Notes under the pieces: model-generated | The model's input: the letters and a program-made list of their open reading frames with translations, nothing else | Told to the model about the DNA's origin: nothing | The model's database searches: none | DNA from: an uncultured Planctomycetia bacterium | Lineage (GTDB): Bacteria > Planctomycetota > Planctomycetia > Isosphaerales > Isosphaeraceae | DNA length: 64,000 bases | Reading direction: 5' to 3' | Assembly: GCA_964609385.1 (NCBI GenBank) | Contig: CAZSSM010000002.1 | Location: 95,270 to 159,269 of the forward strand | In this document: one piece after another, positions 48,578 to 57,927 of the stretch | How positions within the stretch are numbered: the stretch's first letter is position 1 | How the letters are laid out: each line of letters opens with the position of its first letter | Translations under genes and position numbers: made by a program

Positions 48578-51500
48578 ATGGATACGCCCATGCAAACCGA
48601 CCTGAGCCGGATCGCTCAGGATCTCCAGATCCGCCGCGTCCAGGTCGAGAACGTGGTCCAACTAATCGATGAGGGGAACACCATCCCTTTCATCGCGCGG
48701 TATCGCCGGGAGCGGACCGGGGGCCTGGACGAGACGCTGATCCGCGAGATCCAATCCCGCGTTGTCCGCCTCCGCGAGCTGATCGATCGCAAGGAGCAGA
48801 TCCGCAAGGCGATCGAGACGCAGGGCCATCTGAACGACGACCTGGCTGGGCAGATCGAGGCGGCCGAGAACCTTCGGCGCCTCGACGACCTGTATCTTCC
48901 CTACAAGCCCAAGCGTGATGCGCGGGCCACGAAGGCCCGGGAACGCGGCCTCGAGCCGTTCGCCCTCCAGATCCTGGACCGCGAGCAACCGCTGCTGGAT
49001 CTGGCCGCCGCCGCCAAGGTGTTCGTCAAGCCGGCCCAGGGGATCCCGGAAGTCTCCGATGTGCTCGATGGCGCTGCGCACATCCTGGCCGAGCGCTTCA
49101 GCGAGACCATTCCGCTCCGCGAGGAACTCCGCGGGTACGTCTGGAAGACCGGTCGGCTCAAGGCGGCCAAGAAGGCCGACGTCCCCGAAGGTCGCGGTAA
49201 AGAGTTCCGCGACTACTTCGCCTTCGAGGAACCGATCCAGATGGTGCCGCCGCACCGAATCCTCGATCTGTTTCGCGGCGAGCATCAGAATGTTCTGGAA
49301 CTGAGCATCTCGATCGATCGGGAGCCGCTGGAAGCGTTGGCCTTGGACGTGCTCGGTCTCCGGGACCATCCGCAACTCGAGTTCCTGCAACGGGCCGCGA
49401 TGGATGCGATGGACCGGATCCTGCTGCCCAGCTTCGAGAACGAAGTGCGCCGCGAACTGGCCGAGGTCAGTCAGCAACACGCCATCCGGATCGGCTCGCG
49501 GAACCTGCGTGGGCTCCTGCTGAGGCCCGCCCAGCCCGGCCACACCGTGCTCTCGATCATCCCCGGCTTCCGGACCGGTTGCCGCTGGGCTGTCGTCGAT
49601 CCTCAGGGCAAGCTTCTGGAGAGCGGGATCCTCTACCCCCACCCGCCCTACAACGCATGGTCGCCCTCGAAGGTGGCCCTCAAGGATCTGCTGGCCAAGC
49701 ATCGCGTCGATGTCGTCGCTCTGGCTAAGGGCACCGCCTCCCGCGAAACCGAGCAACTCTTGGCCGAGCTGATCTCCGAGTCCAAGCACTTCGTCGACCA
49801 TCCCGATACGCCTTTCCCGGGTTGGGAAGACAAGCCCGCCGCCCAAGCACCCGCCGAGAAAGCCGATAAAGAGGTTGGCAAAGAGACCGACCAGGAGGCC
49901 GGCCAGGCCGACGAGGCGAGCCGTGTCGAGGCGGCCCCGGCTCAATCTCCAGGCCCGGAATCGGTCCCGGCCTCTCCCGAGCCGACCCCGGCCACCGAGG
50001 TCGACTCCGAATCGCCGACTCCCGCTTCGACCACGCCGGACTCCACACCTGTGCCGGCACCCCAGCCCGATCCCAGAGTAGCGGCTACGCCCAGCCCCGA
50101 CGAACCGCCGGCCGCCGACTCTCCAGTTCAAGCGAAGCCCGAACCGACTCCCGAGAGTCCGCCACCCTCTTCGCCAGCGGAGGCAACGGCGCCTGCTACG
50201 GACGCCCCTGCCCCTGCTTCGGCGGACGCGGTCACACCTCCGGAAACACCGCAGAGCCAAGCTTCAGAAAGCGAAGCCCCGCAGAGCGAAATTCTGAAGA
50301 GTGAAGCTCCACAGGATGCAGGGACCGCCTCTGACCCTGAGGCCCAAGATCCAGCGCACCAACAGTCGACGTCCAATGGCTCGGCGTCTCGTGACCCCGC
50401 TGCCGAGGCCGAACCCCAGGAGGTCTCAGCCCCGCAGGACAACCCGGTGATGGGCGACTCGTCGAAGCCCGAGTCGACTGAAACCCTCCCGCCTGTCTCC
50501 GGCGGTTCGCCGACTCCTGAGGAAGAGGCCGAACGTCGAAAGACCGAGGGTGCCGAGGGCGATGCTCCCCCCTCGGCGCCGGTGACCTCTGAGGCCTCCC
50601 CGACAAGCGAGTCTCAGCAGCCTGCCGAACAGGCGTCTCCCACCGTCGAAACGCCGGAACCGGCCGCTCAGGAAGTCTCCGAAGCCGCTGTGACCAATAC
50701 CAATACCGATTCCGAGACCCCGTCAGCGTCTCCCGATCCTGCAACATCCGAACGGCCCGAGACGACGACTGAGCCCCCGACGGCCCCGTCGGCAGCGATC
50801 CCGGCTCCTGAAGAAGGACCCACCGAGACATCGGTCGTTGAACCGACGGTCCCGGCCGACGAGGCGATCCCCTCCGTGCCGATCTCGAGTCCAGCCGATG
50901 TCGAGCCGGCCGCGCCTCGGGTTCAGGTGCCCGATGCGACCGTCGAGACCGCCGAGGATCTGAGCCCCGCCTTGGGCGTTGAAGCTCGCCCGACCGCCGA
51001 TCCCGGGAAGAGTCCCGAAGCCCCGGCCGCAACGGCCCCGGACCCAGCGCTTGAAACCGCCATCGCTGACACCTCGCCTGCCCCCGAGGCGGCAACGACC
51101 CCGAGCGAGGCAATCGCCACCACAGGGACGCCCGAGACCGTCCCTGTGTCGGAAGAACCAACGGCCGACATGCCGGCTCCCGTGGCCGACGCGACCCCCG
51201 TCGATGTCCCTCCGACGGCCGGTTCGGACCCTGCGGTCGAGGTGACCGACACGTCGGCCGAGCCAGAGCCAACCTCCGTCGCGACCCCTGCCGAGGCCGA
51301 GCTCCCGTCGGAATCGTCGGAACCCGCTCCAACCGGATCCGACGCGGTCTCCGAACCGGCGACCGTTGAGGCGACCGTCGACCCCGCTCCGAGTTCGGAC
51401 GAGCCGGCCCCGACACCGGACGCATCCACGTCGGAGGCTCCGTCGACGAGCGCTGTCGAGACGTCCGTTGTCGCTCCTGCCCCGACTCCCGCGCCCGAAG

Positions 51501-53407
51501 CACCGGAGCCGGCCGCTGAAGCTCCGGAGAGCCCGTCGGCTCCGGAGCCGGTCACGACCGATGATCCAGCGGTCGTTCCTGAGCCCGCGGCCACGACGAC
51601 CGCTCCCGAGACGCCGAGCCCTGCTGCGTCGGAACCGACGGTCGCTTCAGAGCCCGCTCCTGCTCCTCAAGCGGCCGACGTGCCCGAGGCCGCTCCCGTG
51701 GCCCAGGCGCCGACCACCCAACCGGATGCCCCGTCTACCGAGGAGCCCGAGAAGGCCAAGGATGACGAGAAGGCGAAGGGCAAAGAGAAGGACAAGGATC
51801 GCGCGTCGCGTCAGGGCCAGCCGAAGCCTCCACGCGGACCGCGCCCGCCCAAGCCCCGCTCCAAGCGCCAGGTGTTCCGGCCCGAATCCCATGCCGGTGA
51901 CGAATGGATCGCCAACATTCGGTTCACCATCGTCAACGACATCGGCGCAACCGCTTACTCGACCGGGACGTTGGGACGCGAGGAGCTGCCCGAGGAGGAC
52001 CCGGCCACCCGCGCTGCGGTCTCGGTGGGCCGTCGGTTCCAGGAGCCCTTGTCTGAGCTGACCAAGATCGATCCCCAACACCTCAACGTCGGGCTCTACC
52101 AAAACGACGTGCCGCCGAAAATTCTCAAGGAGGCGATGCACGCGATCCTGGAGAGCTGCGTCAACTTCGTCGGTGTCGACCTGAACATCGCCACCGCCTC
52201 GGAACTCCGCTACGTCTCGGGCCTCAACCAGGTCCTAGCCCGTCGGATCGTGGAGTACCGCGAGCAGAACGGACGGTTTACCCATCGCGAGCAGCTCAAG
52301 CAGGTCGAGGGGATCACCGACGCGATCTACCAGCAGGCTGTCGGCTTCGTCAAGATCACCGACAGCCCCGAGCCGCTGGATCGGACCTGGATCCATCCCG
52401 AGATGTATGAGGCGGCCGGCAAGCTGATCGAGCGGCTCGGCGTTCCGGCTGAGGAGGTGGTCAAGCCGGAGCCGGAACGCGACGAAGCGATCTCCAATCA
52501 ACTCAAGCACTTGGACATCCCGGCCGTGGCCCAAGAGCTGGGCCTCTTCGAGCCGACCGTCGCCGAGTTGCGGACTATGATCGGTCTGCCCGGCTACGAC
52601 CTCCGGCTGGACCAGCCTCCGCCAGTCTTCAAGGGGCGGATCCTCCAGCTAGGTGACCTCAAGCCCGGCGACCAGCTTCAAGGCACCGTCGAGAATATCG
52701 CGCCCTTCGGGGCGTTCGTCTCGATCGGCTTGAAAAGCCCCGGTTTGGTCCACATCTCACGAATGGCTAATCGCTACATTCGTAACCCCTACGATGTGGT
52801 GAACGTCGACGACGTCGTGACCGTCTGGGTCCTGAGCATTGACGGGGACTCCGATCGCGTTTCCTTGACGATGGTCGAGCCGGGCAGCGAGCGGGCCGGC
52901 GCGGAACACGGAGAAGAGGGCGACGGATCGGCCGGTCGTGGTCGTGGGGGACGCGGACGGGGTCGCGGGCGTCCAACCCAGACCCGGGAAGCCGCCTCGG
53001 GAGAGGCCGCTCCAGCCGCCGCGACTTCGACCCAATCGCATCAACCCGGAATGTTCCGCGATCGTGAACGGACCGGAGATCGTCGTGGTGGTCCCGGAGG
53101 CGGCGGAGGTCGTCGCGGTGGCGAGCGTCGAGGGGATCGGCCGCCGATGGTCACCGAGGTCCAGGGGAGCGAGCCCGGTGCCGAGACGAAGGTGACTGGG
53201 CTCAATCGGGGCAAGAAGAAAAAGGCCGCCCCACCGAAACTCACCAAGAAGCAGCTCCGCGGTGAGAAGCCGCTCAACAGTTTCGCCGAGCTGAAGCAGC
53301 TCATGCAGGCCCGCGCAGGTGATGAGCCCGACGACTCGAGCAAACAGCCGGATGTGCCTCCGCCGGCCTCCGGTGATGCTCCGCAGTCCGAAGCCGACAA
53401 CACTTGA
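48578..53407 (+). CDS. tex: Tex-like transcription accessory protein (HTH, YqgF/RuvC-like, HhH, S1) with ~677-aa Pro/Ala/Thr/Glu/Ser-rich disordered insertion and RGG-rich C-terminal tail
   Basis: N-terminus RIAQDLQIRRVQVENVVQLIDEGNTIPFIARYRRE is the Tex signature. YqgF-like block GFRTGCRWAVVDPQGKLLESG...VDVVALAKGTASRETE. HhH and S1 domains (GRILQLGDLKPGDQLQGTVENIAPFGAFVSIG...GLVHISRMAN). The insertion 49830-51860 has no globular signal. Tail RGRGGRGRGRGRP...RGGPGGGGGRRGGERRGDRPP. Confidence 0.85.
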   Translation: MDTPMQTDLSRIAQDLQIRRVQVENVVQLIDEGNTIPFIARYRRERTGGLDETLIREIQSRVVRLRELIDRKEQIRKAIETQGHLNDDLAGQIEAAENLRRLDDLYLPYKPKRDARATKARERGLEPFALQILDREQPLLDLAAAAKVFVKPAQGIPEVSDVLDGAAHILAERFSETIPLREELRGYVWKTGRLKAAKKADVPEGRGKEFRDYFAFEEPIQMVPPHRILDLFRGEHQNVLELSISIDREPLEALALDVLGLRDHPQLEFLQRAAMDAMDRILLPSFENEVRRELAEVSQQHAIRIGSRNLRGLLLRPAQPGHTVLSIIPGFRTGCRWAVVDPQGKLLESGILYPHPPYNAWSPSKVALKDLLAKHRVDVVALAKGTASRETEQLLAELISESKHFVDHPDTPFPGWEDKPAAQAPAEKADKEVGKETDQEAGQADEASRVEAAPAQSPGPESVPASPEPTPATEVDSESPTPASTTPDSTPVPAPQPDPRVAATPSPDEPPAADSPVQAKPEPTPESPPPSSPAEATAPATDAPAPASADAVTPPETPQSQASESEAPQSEILKSEAPQDAGTASDPEAQDPAHQQSTSNGSASRDPAAEAEPQEVSAPQDNPVMGDSSKPESTETLPPVSGGSPTPEEEAERRKTEGAEGDAPPSAPVTSEASPTSESQQPAEQASPTVETPEPAAQEVSEAAVTNTNTDSETPSASPDPATSERPETTTEPPTAPSAAIPAPEEGPTETSVVEPTVPADEAIPSVPISSPADVEPAAPRVQVPDATVETAEDLSPALGVEARPTADPGKSPEAPAATAPDPALETAIADTSPAPEAATTPSEAIATTGTPETVPVSEEPTADMPAPVADATPVDVPPTAGSDPAVEVTDTSAEPEPTSVATPAEAELPSESSEPAPTGSDAVSEPATVEATVDPAPSSDEPAPTPDASTSEAPSTSAVETSVVAPAPTPAPEAPEPAAEAPESPSAPEPVTTDDPAVVPEPAATTTAPETPSPAASEPTVASEPAPAPQAADVPEAAPVAQAPTTQPDAPSTEEPEKAKDDEKAKGKEKDKDRASRQGQPKPPRGPRPPKPRSKRQVFRPESHAGDEWIANIRFTIVNDIGATAYSTGTLGREELPEEDPATRAAVSVGRRFQEPLSELTKIDPQHLNVGLYQNDVPPKILKEAMHAILESCVNFVGVDLNIATASELRYVSGLNQVLARRIVEYREQNGRFTHREQLKQVEGITDAIYQQAVGFVKITDSPEPLDRTWIHPEMYEAAGKLIERLGVPAEEVVKPEPERDEAISNQLKHLDIPAVAQELGLFEPTVAELRTMIGLPGYDLRLDQPPPVFKGRILQLGDLKPGDQLQGTVENIAPFGAFVSIGLKSPGLVHISRMANRYIRNPYDVVNVDDVVTVWVLSIDGDSDRVSLTMVEPGSERAGAEHGEEGDGSAGRGRGGRGRGRGRPTQTREAASGEAAPAAATSTQSHQPGMFRDRERTGDRRGGPGGGGGRRGGERRGDRPPMVTEVQGSEPGAETKVTGLNRGKKKKAAPPKLTKKQLRGEKPLNSFAELKQLMQARAGDEPDDSSKQPDVPPPASGDAPQSEADNT
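49830..51860 (+). other. Low-complexity (P/A/T/E/S/V-rich) coding insertion within tex
   Basis: The translation is dominated by PAP/PEP/ATP/TPE/PEP motifs for ~677 residues, flanked on both sides by conserved Tex domains. Confidence 0.6.
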
Positions 53408-53464
53408 GCGTCAGCCCTTCCTAAAGCGGATAGACTGCGCTGTGTTCGATCCAACCCGCCCGTT

Positions 53465-53489
53465 GAGGATCGTTGCTCCCCCGATCCTC
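53465..53489 (+). terminator. Hairpin GAGGATCG-(9 nt)-CGATCCTC about 55 nt downstream of the tex stop
   Basis: 8-bp inverted repeat with a 9-nt loop. No U-tract, so terminator function is only inferred from position. Confidence 0.25.
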
Positions 53490-54222
53490 ACAGACGACTC
53501 TTATTCACCCAACATGAACCACGAATCCATATGCTGGGAGGGTGCATTGAGTCATGCTTGAGTTATGTGTGTGCGTCCACTTGATCTTGTCCAGCCGACC
53601 GGGCGTCCGGTTCGGAATTGACGACGATGTGTGGCGTGCGGGTGGTCGGAAAGGTGTTCAAGGCCACTCGACTCGACACATTCACGGTTTTCGACGGCGC
53701 GTCATTGCCAGCATGATTCGTACGATCGGCTTTGTGGCCCTGGGTCGAGCAGCTCATTCGGCCGGGAAGTCGAAGGAACCAAGTCGACCAAAATGGCGCG
53801 AGGTTGGCTCGTCGCATAGCCGTGGTGGGACTGGGTCGGTCAGCCCGATCGTTGGGATCATTGGGGAGAAAACGTGCGCGGGCCGGTGATTCGGAATCGG
53901 GGCAATCACCTCTATAGAATGGTGGTCCGAGTTCCCCGATGCTATCCCTGGAGACTTCTGTTGGGCTTGCTCCGAGCGGAGGTCAATCCGCATTGGGGCA
54001 TCGATCACGCTTCGTGCATGGGAAGCGCGGTTCGATCTCCGGGGCCGAGCGGGGCACGTCCTTGCGGATCCTTTCGATGGGAGGTGTTGCGACGTTGACG
54101 ATGACTTTCCCTTGGCCGACCTTTTGGGCAGCCTACAATGATCGGGGCCATCTCTGAGGCCAGAGGATTCCGCGGTTTGTTCCGAAAGCCGCCCGTTCGC
54201 ATGAGTCGGGATCGCGCACGAC

Positions 54223-55494
54223 ATGTGGCAATTTGCGTTCCAGAACCTCCTGACCCGGCCGATCCGGACCATCCTGGGCCTGGTTGGCCTGTCGATCCCG
54301 ATCTTGGGCGTGGTTGGTCTGTTCTCTTTGAGCTCCGGACTTCGACAACTGGTCGGTAACACGCTCAGTCAGGTCGAGGGCGTGATGATCCTCCGCGAGA
54401 ACACGCCGAGTCCGGTCTTCAGCGACCTGCCGGTCTCCTACAAGGCTGAGATTGCCGAGGTTTCCGGGGTTCGCGTTGTGGTGCCCGAGGTCTGGGGGCT
54501 GGCCCCTCCAATCGAGAACCAAGGGATTCTCGCACGGACGATCCGCGATGCTGCAAGCGGGTTTCGCCGGGGTCCGGCGAGCCTCTTCGAATCGCCGTTG
54601 ATCCAAGGGCAGCCGGTCGGTCCGCACGCCCGACTCCGAAGCGCCGTCTATCCCAACAATATGATTGCGGCTGAGGACGGCGGGGGACGGTTCTTGGACG
54701 AGCGCGATGTGAACCGGAACCGCATCGTGATCAGCACCAAGATCGCCAAGCAGTATCCGGTGGTCGATCCCGAGACCGGCGAGTCCCGTCCACGACGGGT
54801 CGGCGACCGTCTGCTGATCCAGAAAACCGAGTTCGAGATCATCGGGCTCTATGAGACCAATTCGCTGATCCTAGACCAGACGATCATCATGGACCTGCCG
54901 GTGGCCCAGACTCTCTTAGGGATCAACGAGGATCAGGTCTCCTGCTTCTACATCGAGATGAGCGATCCCGGCCGGGCTGAGGAGGTGGCCGCGGCCGTCG
55001 AAGAGCGCTTGGACCAGACGGTCTCGGAGGGTCAGCCGCGTGTCGATGCCAACACAATGGCGGAGTTCATGGCCAATTTCGACGATATTATGGGTCAATT
55101 AAACGTGTTTTTGGCGCTCGTAGTGAGTTTGGCGTTGCTGGTGGGCGTCGTCGGGATCGTCAACACGATGCTGATGAGCACGACCGAGCGGTTCGTCGAG
55201 TTCGGGGTCTTGCGGACCAATGGGTGGTCCAAGCGACATGTGCTGTCGCTGGTGACTGCCGAGAGCGCGATGCTGGGCCTGCTCGGCGGGATCGTGGGCT
55301 GCCTGCTGGCGGTGCTCCTGGTGCTGATGGTCAACCCGTTCATCGAGGGCGGGTTGCAGCTCGATGTCAGCCCGGCCTTGTTGGCCTTGGGGCTGAGCCT
55401 GGCCGTGATCATGGGGGTTGTGGGCGGCCTCTATCCGGCCTGGAAAGCATCGAACCTCGTACCGATGGAGGCGATCCGCCTGGGTTCCCATTGA
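54223..55494 (+). CDS. ABC transporter permease, MacB/LolCE-like (FtsX fold with periplasmic domain)
   Basis: N-terminal TM, a ~250-aa periplasmic domain, then a C-terminal FtsX-type 3-TM bundle (VFLALVVSLALLVGVVGIVNTMLMSTTERFVEFGVLRTNGWSKRHV...). Confidence 0.8.
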   Translation: MWQFAFQNLLTRPIRTILGLVGLSIPILGVVGLFSLSSGLRQLVGNTLSQVEGVMILRENTPSPVFSDLPVSYKAEIAEVSGVRVVVPEVWGLAPPIENQGILARTIRDAASGFRRGPASLFESPLIQGQPVGPHARLRSAVYPNNMIAAEDGGGRFLDERDVNRNRIVISTKIAKQYPVVDPETGESRPRRVGDRLLIQKTEFEIIGLYETNSLILDQTIIMDLPVAQTLLGINEDQVSCFYIEMSDPGRAEEVAAAVEERLDQTVSEGQPRVDANTMAEFMANFDDIMGQLNVFLALVVSLALLVGVVGIVNTMLMSTTERFVEFGVLRTNGWSKRHVLSLVTAESAMLGLLGGIVGCLLAVLLVLMVNPFIEGGLQLDVSPALLALGLSLAVIMGVVGGLYPAWKASNLVPMEAIRLGSH

Positions 55495-55655
55495 GTAAGT
55501 GGGCTGCAAGCCGCCGATCGCCGTAGGGTTGTGGCCTGACCGAAAGGACGGCGGGCCTCGCCCAAGCCCGATCGATGCGGCCGGCATCCGCGTCCGAGGC
55601 GTCTCTTCATCCCGTCCGATTTCGTGTCCATTCGTGTTCAAGAGAAGGCTGGCCG

Positions 55656-56393
55656 ATGATCGTCGTTCGGGATCTCGAGAAAGCGTACCGCAACGGGGCT
55701 CGGGAAGTGGCCGCGCTGCGGGGGATCGGCTTCACCATCCCGCGCGGTCAATGCGCCTTCATCGTCGGGCCCTCCGGCTCGGGCAAGAGCACCCTGCTCT
55801 ACATGCTCGGCTCGCTGGATCACCCGACCGGCGGGTCGATCCATGTCGATGGGGTCGACCTGACGTCGATGTCCGAAGCCGAGCAGAACCTCTACCGACG
55901 CGAGCGGATCGGCTTCATCTTTCAATCCTTCAATCTGATCAGCAACCTAACCGCGCTCGACAACGTCCTGATCCCTTACTATCCTCTAGGAGTGAATGAA
56001 CGCTTGCGTCAAAAGGCGACCGAACTGCTCGGGGACGTCGGGTTGGCCGATCGGCTACACCACCGGCCCTACCAGCTTTCGGGCGGAGAGCAGCAGCGTG
56101 TGGCCATCGCGCGGGCGTTGATTAAGGATCCCGTCTTGCTTCTGGCCGACGAGCCGACCGGCGAACTGGACACCCAAACCGGCGACGAGATTTACCGAAT
56201 CCTTCGACGGCTCCAGTCGGAGCGTGGGACAACCTTGGTGGTCGTGACGCACGACCGACGCTTTATCACATCCAGCGATCTCGTTCTCGAGATCGAAGAC
56301 GGCCGCCTCCGACCCGATCCCCAGGCCCCGACCTCCGAGCCCGACGCCCTGGCCGGCGCCGAGATTCGCCCCCAGATCCAGCCCAGCTCGTGA
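55656..56393 (+). CDS. ABC transporter ATP-binding protein (MacB/LolD-type)
   Basis: Walker [11 protein letters not shown]-loop, ABC signature [15 protein letters not shown], Walker [14 protein letters not shown]-loop VVVTHD. Confidence 0.85.
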   Translation: MIVVRDLEKAYRNGAREVAALRGIGFTIPRGQCAFIVGPSGSGKSTLLYMLGSLDHPTGGSIHVDGVDLTSMSEAEQNLYRRERIGFIFQSFNLISNLTALDNVLIPYYPLGVNERLRQKATELLGDVGLADRLHHRPYQLSGGEQQRVAIARALIKDPVLLLADEPTGELDTQTGDEIYRILRRLQSERGTTLVVVTHDRRFITSSDLVLEIEDGRLRPDPQAPTSEPDALAGAEIRPQIQPSS

Positions 56394-56424
56394 GGATCAT
56401 CGCCTCGGCTTCAGAGACGCCCAG

Positions 56425-57711
56425 ATGCTGTGGTGGACGATGGCCGATCCCATTTCCAACTCCTCGAAGCCCGTGGTGGATCGCCTCGATGAACTGATCG
56501 CCATGTATTTGGATCAGGTCGACCGGGGCCTGCCAGTCGATCCGGAGACGTGGATCGCCCGCTACCCAGAGCACGCCGAGGGGCTCCGCTCCTTCTTCCA
56601 CGACCACCAGGCGATCCAAGGGGCCGTCCGTCAGACCAAAGGGCGCCTGCTGCCCAGCGACCCGCTCGAGCCGGTCCGCTTCGAGGTCGTCGGCGATCGC
56701 TACCGGCTCAGCGAGATCCTGGGTCGCGGTCCGATCGGACTGGTCTACCGGGCAACCGATCTGCGATCGGGCACGCCGGTCGCTTTGAAACTGCTGCTCG
56801 GCATCAGTCAGGCCGATGTGACGACCCGACTCCGGCTCCGCAACACCTTCCAGCGCTTGGCCACGCTGAATCATCCGCACCTGCTGGCCCCCTGCGATCA
56901 TGGGGAGCACGGCGGAACACCCTACATCGTGACCACCTTGATCGAAGGGGCCGACCTGAAGACCCTGGTCCGCCGGCTCCGGAGAACCCAATCGCGCTTG
57001 AACGACGGCCCCGACTCGACATGGGTTCACGTGTTGGACCACAGCAAGTCGGCTGATCAATTGCTGGGCCGCAAGGCGCTGCCCGACCTCACCTGGCCGC
57101 GCTGGGGGGTGGTGGCGCGTATGGGGCTCCGGCTAGCCGAAGGCTTGGCCCACGCGCACGGCCACGGCATCCTTCATTACAATATCAAGCCGCATAACAT
57201 TGTCATTGATTTCCGAGAAAACGCCTATCTCTCCGATTTCGGTTTGGCCGCCGTTGTGGCCCACGATGAGACGGTGCCCCCACAGAGCGAACCGGAAGCC
57301 CTCCGCTACCTGGCCCCAGAGCGGTTTCATGGTCAGTTCGATGAGCGGAGCGACATCTATGGGCTCGGCTTAGCGCTCTACGAACTGCTCTGCCTTCGCT
57401 CGGCCTTTCCCATCGACTCGGAAGGGTACGGCCCCCCACCCGATGATCGGATCCGACGTCAGCCTCCCTCCCCGCGCTCGGTCGACCCGGAGATCCCCCG
57501 TGGCCTGGAGCGAATCGTGCTCGGCGCGATCGCCTGGCAGCCCCGCAATCGGTATCCTACCGCGGCCAGCTTGGCCCGCGACCTCAAGCGCTGGCTCCGA
57601 TACGATGCGCGCGGTGAATCGCCCCTTCCTCCCAGCCTGCCCCGACGTCTCATTGCCTGGATGGTCGGATGTCGGCTGATCCGGGATATCGAATCGACGC
57701 TGATCGACTGA
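56425..57711 (+). CDS. Ser/Thr-kinase-fold protein with substituted catalytic residues (predicted pseudokinase)
   Basis: Kinase fold is retained: GRGPIGLVYRA (G-loop), VALKLL (VAIK Lys), LSDFGLA (DFG), LAPERF (APE). The catalytic loop reads ILHYNIKPHN instead of HRDLKPxN, so the catalytic Asp is replaced by Asn, and the alpha-C Glu position is not conserved. N-terminal helical domain is of the type common in Planctomycete STKs. Confidence 0.65.
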   Translation: MLWWTMADPISNSSKPVVDRLDELIAMYLDQVDRGLPVDPETWIARYPEHAEGLRSFFHDHQAIQGAVRQTKGRLLPSDPLEPVRFEVVGDRYRLSEILGRGPIGLVYRATDLRSGTPVALKLLLGISQADVTTRLRLRNTFQRLATLNHPHLLAPCDHGEHGGTPYIVTTLIEGADLKTLVRRLRRTQSRLNDGPDSTWVHVLDHSKSADQLLGRKALPDLTWPRWGVVARMGLRLAEGLAHAHGHGILHYNIKPHNIVIDFRENAYLSDFGLAAVVAHDETVPPQSEPEALRYLAPERFHGQFDERSDIYGLGLALYELLCLRSAFPIDSEGYGPPPDDRIRRQPPSPRSVDPEIPRGLERIVLGAIAWQPRNRYPTAASLARDLKRWLRYDARGESPLPPSLPRRLIAWMVGCRLIRDIESTLID

Positions 57712-57927
57712 TCGAGCACGACGAGGGACGCCTCCGTTGTGGTGTTCCGCTATTCGCATCCCCCGCCTCGGTGGGACCGTTGCCCTCGCGCATCGCGGTC
57801 CGTTCCGTGGCCACACAGGGAAATTGGCGGTTGTCTCAAGCTCGATCAAGCATTAGTTTGAAGAAAATCCGAAGCTATCGTGGGCAACGGCAGTTCGCGA
57901 CCCTGTGTCAACCCTCGGAGATCGGCC

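Noticed and set aside
50232-51594. Minus-strand ORFs (423 aa and 223 aa) and + alternative-frame ORFs (49875..50081, 50979..51245, 51366..52061) inside the tex low-complexity insertion
   Set aside because: By-products of the GC-rich, repetitive codon composition of the PAPT-rich insert. The tex frame is continuous and flanked by conserved domains.
54030-54060. tRNA-like T-loop string GGTTCGATCTCC
   Set aside because: No complementary 5-bp T-stem, acceptor stem or anticodon arm could be built around it. Not a tRNA.
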